From Eledone cirrhosa (Eukaryota), in NCBI GenBank assembly GCA_964016885.1, contig OZ024745.1:121458001-121522000 (forward strand): a DNA stretch of 64,000 nucleotides. Direction: 5' to 3'. The position numbers were made by a program, and so were the translations under genes. A model generated the notes under the pieces. The model was not told the DNA's origin. It searched no databases and saw only the letters and a list, made by a program, of their open reading frames with translations. This document shows positions 52,441 to 64,000 of this stretch, in pieces. Position 1 is the first letter of the stretch. The number at the start of each line of letters is the position of its first letter.

Positions 52441-55400
52441 TTATGTGTATAATTAAACTAGCTCTTAATACTTTTTTGTGTTCTGTAAATCTTTATCTAT
52501 TGTACCTTCTTAACCGTTGCTATATTCACATCAGTAATTCATGTTTTTACTTTTACTCTCGCGCTATATTATTGTTTAGCTTTTAACTTATTATTGAAAC
52601 ATTATTTATTATTGATGTAGTATTTACATGGTTAGTATTTCGTATTTCTTTCTATTCAGCAGAAACGATAGATCACTGGACTAGATCTTCATAATGGTGT
52701 TTTATTTGCTTCATCTCCACGTTTTTAGTTCAAATCCTGCTGTATCAACTCTTTCATTCCATCGGAATCGTTAAATACACACACATATAGTAATAATAAT
52801 TATGGAGACCAAAATCGAAGAGGGCTCGATAAGGATTATATATATATATATATAGATATATAATATATCTATATATATATAAAACCCGTAAAAGCAGCGA
52901 TTCTTTGCTTCAACTTTAATCTGTACTAATAATATATATATACTAGAGATGCACTGACGTCTGTTCAATCAGACATACATATTTCACTAGAAATGTATAG
53001 AACTCACTATTGCTTATATTTATGGATATATCTTCAGCCATTCTCTGCTTATGGGGATCTCTAACTGAAATAGTGTTATTAATATTTCTCTTGTCCGAAT
53101 GATGTTGATGTGTCCCTAATATAACATAATAATATCATACAACTGAGTCATATTTACAAGATTAATCATTTAGGTTCAGTAATATTTACTTCATCACCTT
53201 AGCTCTGGTGCAGTACTGCAATGTCTAAAAGTGCTTGTCAGTTTTACATCCTTTACCCTAGCGTAACATCGCTCACTCGAAGAATTATTGTAAACTAGAA
53301 TGATTTCTACGGTCTCTTCGTAGGTTATCGATGTCAAATGCTAGTATATTGCCAACCACCCTAAAGATTCAGTGATGTACAAATTGCTCTGTTTTCAATG
53401 TTCACCTGTATTATTTTGTAACTGTACAGGAGACAAAATCAGACTTTAGTGAAGTTTGTTGTTTAGACATAAGTTAGTGACAAGCAGTGAAAGGAGATCC
53501 ATTTGTGGTCGTCCTGTCTTTTATTTAGCACCATATCAGCCAATGTATACTTTTGTTATTATGATAGTAGGGCGTTATTTAAGAGTTTGGCTGCTATTTA
53601 TACAGAGGAGTGTTCATTTAGAAGACTCCTTCTAACCGAACCAACTACTTAAAGCCTTTCTCCCTTCCCCTAAACCTTTTCCTTACTTTTGTTATTTAAT
53701 TTTTTCCCTCTTTCTTTTTCTTTTTGTTATTGCAAACATTATATAACGGAATTGAAATTTGTCGAATAAATAAAAGTCCTTTTATGGTTTCAAGTAAAAT
53801 AGTTCAAATTCTGAAACTATTCATGTTAGGGACACTTTGATGTATAACACCGGTACCGTTCAGTCAAGTCAACGACACTTGTTTCGTCTAAAGCCTATCC
53901 CACAGCAGGAGAACCTCATTAATAATATTTTAAACCTAACTAGCATGTATGAATTAATCAATTAATCGAAACACATGGCTTGTGCGTTCATTGTCTTTAA
54001 CAGTCGGCAGCGTTGAAGATTTTCCTTACAAAATGGGTTCGTTATCGGGAAAACCTTTTAGTCCTTTGCAACTGTGTATGGGAGATTTTCCGCAATATTA
54101 ACGATTAGAACCAATAAGCAAAGGCGCCTCTACTTAATCTCTCGACCTTCTAAAAAGATAGGTAACCGAACTCTCTCGGTGAATTAATTGTTAAGAATTA
54201 CATCTATATTTAAAATGCCTGCTTCATAAATAATTTTCAGCACTAGTCCATATAACATTCGGGGAAATGATTCTGTAATATTTTGCACATGGTTCTTTTC
54301 ACAAATTGATTGAGTTACCCCGAGTATATTACTGGGATCAGCAAGAGGAAGAAGCAGAAAGTAGGATATTTGTCAATGTTTTCTGGAGTGTGATGTTTCA
54401 GATTGCAAAGCTGTATAACAGTGTTTATCAGAATATTGGTGAAAAGGGTGTACAGAATAATGGTAGTATGTTTACTCTTGTTGACACTGAAATGCTGCTA
54501 AAAGAGGTTGCTGAATGAAGAGAATGCATGAAAGAAGAAGGGAAGACCACAATAAGTAGATCTAACATAAAGATAAGTCCTTGAAATTTGCAGCTATACT
54601 GCTGAAAGAACATGAAGTCAGAGAGAGAATCTGGAGCATCAGAGATAGTTGCTGAGATGTTGAAAATATCCAGCAATGTAGGACATGTTAGTAGGCAGTC
54701 ATATAGTACATGGAGGTTTCACCCCCTATGACTGGCATATCATCGTCAAATGCTACAAGGACAAAGGCAATGTTCTAGGTAGCAGCAGCAGCAGAAGCAT
54801 TCATTTAACGGACCAACTTATGAAAGTTACACAATGAATTATCTTTATCCGACGGCGTCAGCCAAAGTTGACTCAACAATTGATCTCCATGTGGGTCTGT
54901 CGTTCATTGCCAAGTTCTTGATTTCAATACCAGAATCTCTGGAGTTGACATCAGGATAGGAGAGCTTGTGCTCCCTGTTATTAGTGACTGCTTGTGGTTT
55001 AAAGAGCACTAGTGGGGGCACAGCCTCAGAGGTGGCACGATGGCAGTGGCCAGCAAATCTTACTCTCCTTTTACGTACCACGATAGCTATGTGTGGGAGG
55101 CAGGCATATATTTCTTTTAAAGTCAGATGTCGCCAGCTTATGTTCTGAATGTGTTGAAGTAGGTGCCATCAAGCTGCTTTTGTTGTTTGGATGAAAGCGT
55201 CCATATTTCCCTTCCATATAGTAAGATTGGTTGAATTATAGTACAGCTAATGAGAAAGTATTAGCTTAGACAAGATTCACTTTGGGTTTGTGCCGACAGA
55301 TTACCACCTATGTCTTTTTTCTGTATACCTAACATTCAATGATCTGGAAAAGGCTTTTGACTCTCTTGTCTGCTAAGAAAACTAAATGTAGATGAATGGC

Positions 55401-58400
55401 TTGTGAGAGCCATGCAAACATGTACAAAAGTACTGTCAGCAAAGTAAAAGTTAACAATGAGTTCAATAAGGAATTTAGTATGCAAGTAGGTGTTAAGGTC
55501 TTGGTTCTCAGCCCCTATTGTTTAGCATAGTTCTCCTGTTCATAACAGATAAGGTTATGACTGGGTGTCGATAGGAACTCCTCGATGCTAATGACCTAAT
55601 TTCATCATCATCATCATCTTCGTTTAACGTCCATCTTCCACGCTAGCATGGGTTAGACGGGAGTTGTCCCACTTGAGGCAAGGTTGGTTGAGTGGCCGTG
55701 TCTCACTCATATAGGACTATCTGGCAGGTTTTCTACGGCTGGATGCCCTTCCTAACACCAACCACATTTACAGTGTGGAACTGGATACTTTTTACTGTGT
55801 TACCTACACGGCCACATTACAGCGTGGACTGTGTGTTTTTTTGTTGTGAGACCTACACAATCTCGATCTCATTATCTCGACTGGATGTTGTGGTACCAAC
55901 TTTACAGAGAGAGGGTGGTGTTGGTGGGAGTTGGAGGATAGGGTAGGGGTAGTAGATTGGGGTGAATATTTGGTTAAGAGGTGCCTACTGACTGTAGGTT
56001 TCGCTTTGTAAATAGGCAAGGCGAGTCTTCTGTATTACTGTGTAGCGCCAAAGATCTCAGTCCAGTGACATTGTCTTAGAGAGGTGCAAAGTGTGTAAGG
56101 TCGGAATGTATCAGATCATCCCAGGTTTTTTCTGGGTCTACCTACTCCGTAACTACCATCAAGTTTGAAGCATAATTCGTCAAATAATTGAAAGAAAAGC
56201 TCTAAACTTGTAAGCAGGACCTTGAATCAAGTAAACATAATAAAGAAAAAAGTTTTAACAGAAAAAAATAGAAAAACTCTGTTGTCATCTGAAAAGTGGC
56301 CATGCTCAGTATGCAGAGTATGTATACATAGAAATGCTATACTGTGTATTCAATGTAAACTATGCATATGTCAGAGATGCAGTGGGATTGCAGACAGGCT
56401 AACAGGAATAGTTAGTAGTAAGAACACTCTTGAAATGATTTCTTTCAGATGTATGGGAGATTCAATTGTAGTAGTTGACAGGTTATGTTATCTAGGTAAC
56501 CAAATAAACAGCAAGAGTAGGAGTTCTAAACATATTGTAACCACAGTGAGAATGGAGTAGGAAAAATGAAAAGGAAGTTGGAGAAATAATATTTTAGCAT
56601 GAGAAAAGTTAATGTGGTCTAAAATTGTTCCATAAACTTACCCACATGTTTACAATGATATATTACTTATTTTGGAACAAGATAGTTTTGTTGGTGAGAA
56701 TTGTTGCTTGAATTTACCCCTGTATTATACTGTTGCTTATTTTTACCAGCCCCAGAAAAATGGAAGTCTTTTAATTTTGGCAAGATTTGAACTGTACTAT
56801 TTACTCTACCTTTTCTATTGTTTTTGTGAAATTGCAGTTAAAAATAGGAAATGATCGTTTTGCAAGACTTTATGATGAAAAAGTTCAGTGTAGATTACAA
56901 TGTATATTAGAGAGCCTAAAAATGAAATGATTTTATTGTTTTCAGTTGACTTAATTGGTGATGGTGAAGATGTCCATTATTGTAAGCGGTGCAAGCAGGA
57001 GTTTACAAGTCTCCATTACTATCTTGAACACAAGATTCAACACGACAATTTCAAAGTGATATATGCAAGATCTACTTATGACCGACGTGTGATTGTTCCA
57101 AAACTAGTACCAAAGGAAAGCAAAGTCAATAATCAACAATCTACGAACCAAAAGATTGATGGGAAAGAGAATCAACAACAGAAACTTCCCAGAAGAGGTA
57201 AGAAGTGGTTTACCATATTTGAACTCCCTCCAAACTTATGCTAATATGTATGGGACCCCTGCCCCCTCTGGCAAATTTCTGTAGCAATTGTCTTTTTATT
57301 TGTGAAGGAACATAGCTTAGTGTTTAACCCTTTAGCATTTAAACCGGCTGTATCCAGCCAGAATTCTCCCACCTCTTTCTGTTCAAACTGGCCATAACCG
57401 TTTGTTCATACTTATGTTATGGTATTGTTCTGAAAATAAATAATATCAAAATCTCGTAAATTCGATATTATGTGAGATAAAGTATTTACTATGAAAATAC
57501 AATAGTAAATATTGAGTAATGTAAATTCTAAAGGGTTAAGGTGTTTGGCTTGACCTAAAGTTCATGAGTTCAATTGCCCAATCAGGTGTTGCATTGTTTC
57601 TTTGAGCAAGACACTTCATTTCATGTTGCTCCAGCCCGCTCAGCTGGAAAATATTAGTTGCACCTGTAATTCAAAAGACCAACCTTGTTACACACTGTCA
57701 TGCTGAATCTCCCTGAGAATTACATCAAGGGTACACATATTTGGGGAATGTTCAGCCACTTGCTCGTTAATTTCATGAGCAGGCAGTTCCTTGATTGAAT
57801 TAACTAGAACACTCATCAGGGGTATTGATGGAGGTTCAATGTAAAGCTCGGTATCTTTCTTACTACAAACCTTTCAACTGTGATCCTAAGAGCAGTGAAG
57901 GTGCAAAATTATGTAGCCTGTCCAAAAACATGGCCTCCAGTAGTGATAGTAGTAAAACTTGAACTTATGACCATACAAGCAGTTGTCCAGCTTCTTAAAA
58001 CCTTTCGTAACTATATTCCCAATGAAAGACATTGCCATTAATTTTAATCTTTGCTGGCACACTTTGAGCAAGATGGCTGGATAACATCCATGAGCTCGGC
58101 TGGTCTCAACTGCATGGGGTAGATGTGGGCTCTTTAAGTCACGGTGAAGGCAACCTGTCTAGGAAGGCAGTGACTGATTAAAAACATCTCCACTGGGCAG
58201 ATGTGGGCTCTGTAAGTGAAGGCTATCCGTCTAGGAGAGTAAAAATGTGGTAACAAATGGGTAAAAAAAATCCTGGATTCTAAAATTTATATTGATGTTA
58301 ATGTTTGTTTTCCAAATGTAGGCATTTTATTTATTTATTTATTTATTTTTTCTATAGGTGGTCGAGGACGGCAAAAAGTTCCAGATGTTGATGAAAAATT

Positions 58401-58454
58401 GATAACTGAGAAAACTACATATACATGTGACAAGTGTGATAAAACATTTCATAG
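52133..58454 (+). CDS. C2H2 zinc-finger transcription factor, E4F1/ZNF341-like N-terminus, 3' incomplete; join(52133..52190,56946..57197,58358..58454>)
   Basis: In-frame splice (phases 1,1): MTESCDKPRISCTAPLPSS|LDLIGDGEDVHYCKRCKQEFTSLHYYLEHKIQHD...LPRR|GGRGRQK...YTCDKCDKTFHR. The EDVHxCxRCxxEFTxLxxxxxHKIQ motif recalls the atypical N-terminal finger of E4F1. A second finger is split by the next intron. Confidence 0.8.
54310..56560 (+). mobile_element. Old RTE remnants interrupted by an antisense LINE 3' fragment (54845-55235) and an RTE-SINE
   Basis: SGASEIVAEMLK, DLEKAFD, KWPCSVCR; minus strand RKRRVRFAGHCHR. Confidence 0.7.
56946..57197 (+). CDS. Zinc-finger gene exon 2
   Basis: ttttcag|tt...ag|gtaaga; CKRC-x12-HKIQH. 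Confidence 0.88.
58358..58454 (+). CDS. Zinc-finger gene exon 3
   Basis: tttttctatag|gt...ag|gtatgt; YTCDKCDKTFHR. Confidence 0.85.
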
Positions 58455-58690
58455 GTATGTTATAGTGTTTGGCAATTCGAAAATCTTGACATTTAACCCT
58501 TTAGCATTTACATTACTCTATATATACTATTATATTGTTGTGGTAAAGGCTTTACTTCACATAATTATCTCACATGATATTGAATTTATGAGATTTGATA
58601 TTATTTATTTTGAGAACAATACCTTAACATAAATATGAGTGGCCAGTTACAGCCAGTTTTAAATGAAAGAGGTGAGAGAATCCTGGCCGG

Positions 58691-61452
58691 ATCATCATCA
58701 TCATCATTTTTCGTCCACTTTTCCCTGCTTGCAAGGGTGGGACGGGTCTTATTCAGCACAGCATCTCTCCACTTGTCACGGTCCTTCGTCATCTCCACCG
58801 TGAGCTTCAGCGATCTGAGGTCTGTTCTCACCACCTCCGCCCATGTTTTTTGTGGTCTACTTCTACCATGTCTTCCTTCAACTGGCATTTCCTGGCACTT
58901 CTTCACCCATCGGTCATCCTCCATGCGCATCACATGTCCATACCACCTGTCTCCTCTCTTGCACACTACATTCTATCCCTCTCAGACACAGTTTCTCTCT
59001 CAACACATCCATGCTGGGTCGTTCACGCACATTGACATTGCACATCCAACGGAGCATGCTTGCCTCATTTCTCTCCAGCCGTCGCATATCCTCTAGTTGC
59101 TGCCCATGTCTCACTACCATGCAGCATTGCGCTCCTCACACAGGCATCATATAACCGGCCTTTTGTACGCAGGGAGAAAACCTTCTTCGTCAGCAGAGGA
59201 AGCAGCTCCCTAAACTTCTTCCAACCCGTCATTATTCTAGATACTATGGCCTCGGAACACCCTCCTCCAATACTAATCTGATCACCTAGGTACCGGAAGC
59301 TATCCACCACTTCTATAACACCTGCCTGTGTATAAAATGTGTCTATCAATGCGACTTCTACTGTCTAATTTCCCTGTACATCTACTGCATACGTATTTCT
59401 CCCTACCTGTTAGTTTGCTTGCTATCCCACTACATCTCTTGTGTACCCAGGATCTGCATTGTGTGTATTTTATAGAATTTATGCCAGTTCCTTTTCTACA
59501 TATTGAACATGGCCATTTCCCTGGCGGAATCAGAGTTTTGTGCTCTTTTCTACTCATCAACACTTTTGTCTTAGCTAGGTTCACTCTCAGTCCTCTTGCT
59601 TCCATCTGCTGTTTCCATAGCCAGAATTTATTCTCTAGCTCCTCTACTGATTCTGCTATAAGAACCAGATCGTCAGCAGAGAGAAGTTCCCATGGATAGC
59701 CAGTCTTAAACTCCTCTATTATGGCTTGGAGGACTATAATGAACAAGAGCGGGCTGTGGACCGAACCTTGATGTACTCCTACTTGTATCTGGAATTCCTC
59801 ACTAAATTCCATTCCTACCCTCACTTTACTGACAACACCTCTACAAAGTTTGCACTGTCCTCACAAGCCATTCCTCAACACCTAGTTTCCTTAGGGACCA
59901 CCAGATGACAGATCGAAGTACCCTATCAAAGGCCTTCTCTAGGTCAACAAAGGCTAAGTATAGTGGCTTATTCTTCTCTAAGAACCTCTCTTGTAATTGT
60001 CTCACCAAGAAGAGGGCATCTGTTGTACTTTTCCCAGGTACAAAACCAAACTGCATCTCATCTAGTTTGACCCTTTCTCTAATTAGTTGTGCTAATATCC
60101 TTTCTGCCACTTTCATAACCTGATCCATCAGTTTTATACCCCTATAATTGCTCCTCTCCAGAGCATCACCTTTACCTTTGTAGCAATTTATGAGAATACT
60201 GCTGCACCAGTCTTTTGGTATGACACCACCATATATAGCCTAATTGATGATGCGTGCAACCAGTTTAGTGCCTACGTCCCCTGATGCCTTCAGCATCTCA
60301 GCAACTATCCCCGACAGTCCAGCAGCCTTACCATTTTCCATTTCCTTAATCGGCTCTTGTACCCTATATTCATCAATCTCAATAGCTGGTCCCTCTGTTG
60401 GATCTACTGAGGGTAATTTCTTTCTCTCCCATTCTTTCTCCACATCCATCAGTCTCTCATAATGACATTTCCAGGCCCCCTTTTTCTGATCATTCGTGAC
60501 ACTAAGCACATCATTCCGGACACATTTATCTCCAACAACATCCTGATTTGCATTGACACACTGCCTTGCAATGTGGAACACCGCACGCCTCTGATCTTCC
60601 CATCGCAGAACATTAGCAAACCTCCTACTCTCAGGCTCCCTGCGTGCTAAGTACACCTGACGTCTAGCTTCTCTCTTAGCGGCTGTATATCCTTCTCTAC
60701 TCCCACCCTTTTTCCAAGCCTTCCATGCTCGTCTTTTGTCTCTAATGGCCCTATCTACTGTGCTGTTCCACCACCAGGTCAATCTCTGTCTGTTTGTAGC
60801 TCTGCTCCAGCCACAAGTTTCATCAGTAGAAGTTGTCACGTAAGAAATTCCAGTTATTATCTATGTCATACGATTCTAAATCGTCTTCTTTTTTATCATA
60901 CACATCTTGAAGGGCTTTCCTAAATTTGCATTTTAGTGAAAGGTCTTTTAGCTTCCAGACCTTTCTTCTCCACACCTTCCTGTATGTCTCATTCCATCTC
61001 TTGCTTACTGAAATATCACTAATAACTAACCTCTGCTGTGGGGTACATTCTTCCCTGGAGTATGCCTTAGTATTTGACACCGCTGTCTAACTAGCAGGAA
61101 GTCAATCTGGCTTATGTGCTCGCCTGATTTGTAGGTTATTAGGTGGTTGGCAGATTTCTGGAAGTTTGTGTTGCAAATAGTCAGTGTACTTGCATCACAA
61201 AATTCAAGAAGTCTCACTCCTTCTTTATTTCTTGAGCCGTAACCGTGCCCACCATGTACCCCAGTGTAACCATCCTGGAGCTGTCCAACATGTCCATTGA
61301 AGTCCCCTGCTAGCATAACGATGTCTTTGTCTTCTGTCATTGCGGCTGTTTGTAAAAGTTGATCGTAAAAGCAGTCTTTCTCTTCTTTGCCTAGGCCTGC
61401 TTGGGGAGCATAGTCAGAGTGTCAGTAGTCTCCTGCCTATAACTAATCTAAG
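58691..61452 (-). mobile_element. 2.76 kb RTE LINE (APE C-half, RT, PHD-like finger, 3' tail) inserted into a piggyBac-like MITE
   Basis: [53 protein letters not shown] (YADD mutated), FRYLG, RWYGHV; the MITE sequence resumes at 61454. Confidence 0.95.
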
Positions 61453-61669
61453 CTTGGCCAGTTTAAATGCTAAAGGGTTAATATTATCACCTTGCAGTGT
61501 CAGTCTCAAATTACAGTATTTCAATATAACCTTTTTTTAAATTTTAACAATTGTATAAGTTTATGTGAGAGTACTTTAATATAACTTATTGCTGTTCTCT
61601 CTCTCCTGTTTACCCTTGTGTTAAGAAGGGCATCCATCTAAAATTGGAATGTGGAAGTAAGATGTCTTC

Positions 61670-62465
61670 TTCTCCTCCTTCTAAGAAGGTTGTTGGGGCA
61701 GAGTCCTCAAACACTCCTTCCAGCTGGTCCTGTCAGAAGCAACCGTCTCCAACTGATCCAGCTGGATCCCCAAGCTAGACCAGCCAAGCTCATGTATGTT
61801 GTCAAACCATCTTGCTCAGGGTCTACCTCTGGGTCTCCTGCTGTCCAGCAATTCTTTCCTAAGACATTCTAACCACATGCCCGTAGTATCAGAGCTGTGA
61901 TCTCTCTATTCAGAGAAGTAGCGGCTCTACCTGGAGTGACTCTGATCACGAGTTACATGCTCTATTGAGAAATGTTACTCCAAAGACGCTTCGTAGGAAC
62001 CATATTTCGGCCGCTTGTATTCACAATCATATTCTTTCAGTCATTACCCAAGATTCATGAATACCGAATTGAAGATAGTGAGTTTGTCTTTTACACCTAC
62101 CTTCCTTCCTTCTGATTACTGAATGCTGAAGCTGGCACATTACTGCACCAGATCCTGCAATTCTTGCACTTAATTCAGCCTCCTACCTTCCATTACTCGT
62201 GAACATAGCACCAAGATATTTGAACTTCTCCACCTGCTTCAGTGGAGCTTCATTCACATGTACAGTGCACTGTGCGGGCTTCCTTGAGAGGACGAGTGTC
62301 TCAGTTTTCGCAACACTGATTTTCATTCCAGCCATGCAGCACTTGGCATCAAAACTATCGAGTGCAAGTCGGAAATCTAAATTGAAACCATTCAATGTGG
62401 GAGTCGGACTCCGCCAAGGGAGCATACTGTCACCTCTCCTGTTCATTATTTACATGAACAGGATT
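61670..62465 (-). mobile_element. RTE (second family) fragment with an inverted 5' segment
   Basis: Minus strand GMKISVAKTETLV...QVEKFKYLG; plus strand PFNVGVGLRQGSILSPLLFIIYMNRI at about 62375-62465. Confidence 0.8.
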
Positions 62466-64000
62466 GTGCAGCTGGATTGGAAGTGGTATCATGACTGGCA
62501 GGTGTAAAATCAGTCAGAAGCAAGATATGTTTTTCCAAGTAAAATTTATCTCATGGTGACCTGTCCACTGCATGCCTGCATGGAAAGTACACAAAATTAT
62601 AAAGAATGACTGGTGATATTTAACCTTTTTGATACCAACCCACGAAAACCAGCTCTGGTTCCATGAAATAAAACCACCCATTTTATAGAGCTCCTTCTTA
62701 AATTAAAATCTTCCAACATAGTTTAATATAAGAACCTTTTATTAAGTTAAAATTACTTAAATAATCTTAATATTAAAACTATTAATCATTCTAGTAAAAC
62801 CCTCAATGTTTTTCACTAATTAATTCAAATAGTGTATCTCATTAAATATACAATAAGGAAAAGGTTAATTTGAGTTTGTGTTCAAACCAAAATATGTCGT
62901 AAAAATCCTGTTGGTATCTGTATGGTATTTGCTCATTGATTTACAACAAAAAACTTTAATACTTAATAACATGTTATTATTACAGGTGGAGTGCCGGACA
63001 ACATGCTTTGCAGCATAGAGTTACGGCCCTTTGCGTTCTGAGTTCAAGTTTCGCAAAGGTTAGCTTTGCCTTTCATCCTTACGGGGTCAATAAAATAATG
63101 TACCAGTCACATACTGGGGTCGATTTAATCGACTTTTCCATCACCCCCACCAAAAGAATTGCTGGCCTTGTGCCTAAATCAGAAACCATTATTACAGGTT
63201 TCTAATTTAGGCAAAAGGACAGTCATTTTACAAGGAAAGAAAAGTTGATTATATCGACCCTAGTGCTTGGCTGGTACTTTATTTTATCAACCTCAAAAGA
63301 ATGAAAGACTAAGTTTAAGTTGACCTTGGTGGGATTTGAACTCAGAATATAAATATTTATCGTAGCTAAATGTCATAAACATTTTGTCTTCTCATCTACC
63401 AATACTGTATATCAGCTACTCTATCGCAGCCAAATAAAACAGTAGTGGATATATCAGTGTTTCTGAGTTTAAATCACTAATGCACAATTAACCCTTTAGC
63501 ATTCACATTACTCTATAAATACTATTATATTTTCATGGTAAAGGCTTTACCTCATATAATTATCTCACATATATCGAATCTATGATATTTTGAAAGTATT
63601 TATTTTGAGAACAATACCTTAACATCAGTTTGAGTGACCAGTTAAAGCCAGTTTCAACAGAAAAAACTAGAGAATTCTGGCCGGTTTTGGCTGGTTTGAA
63701 CATTAATATATCATCATCCCATTATTTTAAATCCATTTTTTCCGTGTGTGTGTGATTCTGAGCTAGGTGTAAAATCTTCAATTCTGTGTTCATGCCTGCC
63801 CTTACCTATGATCATGAAGCTTGTGTAATGACTGAATGAATACGATCACAAATACAAGTGGTCAAAATGGGTTTCCTCTGAAGGATCTTTGGAATAATGT
63901 TACTCAATATGGTGCGTAACTTGAAGATCAGAAAGTCACTCCAGGTAGAGCCACTACTTTTCTACGTCTAGAGATCACAGCTAGGGTACTACAAACATAT

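Noticed and set aside
56946-57197. Assigning the symbol E4F1
   Set aside because: Only the N-terminal finger is visible and ZNF341-like proteins share a similar motif; orthology needs the downstream exons.

Overview
This is AT-rich, repeat-dense animal genomic DNA. The repeat content (Nin-domain tRNA SINEs, RTE LINEs with (CAT)n tails, very abundant (TA)n/(TATG)n) suggests an octopod cephalopod; that is an inference. Three spliced + strand genes were rebuilt by hand with phase-consistent GT-AG junctions. (1) The last six exons of a highly divergent SLC6 (sodium:neurotransmitter symporter family) transporter, <1..12223. (2) A complete six-exon failed-axon-connections (FAXC/metaxin-like GST-fold) CDS, 26982..45561, 289 aa. 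(3) The first three coding exons of an E4F1/ZNF341-like C2H2 zinc-finger gene, 52133..>58454. The rest is degenerate RTE and R4/Dong LINEs, SINEs, a decayed mariner, a Helitron, hAT/pogo/piggyBac-type MITEs, long palindromes and tandem repeats. Almost all ORF-track entries are repeat artefacts. The most notable signal is a set of sequence-unrelated type I hammerhead ribozyme folds on the minus strand (about 7.5, 15.5 and 26.5 kb, plus a decayed one at 47.9 kb), each in a short cassette in or next to a (TA)n tract, resembling retrozyme or Penelope-type elements. All structures were folded by eye, and repeat boundaries are approximate.
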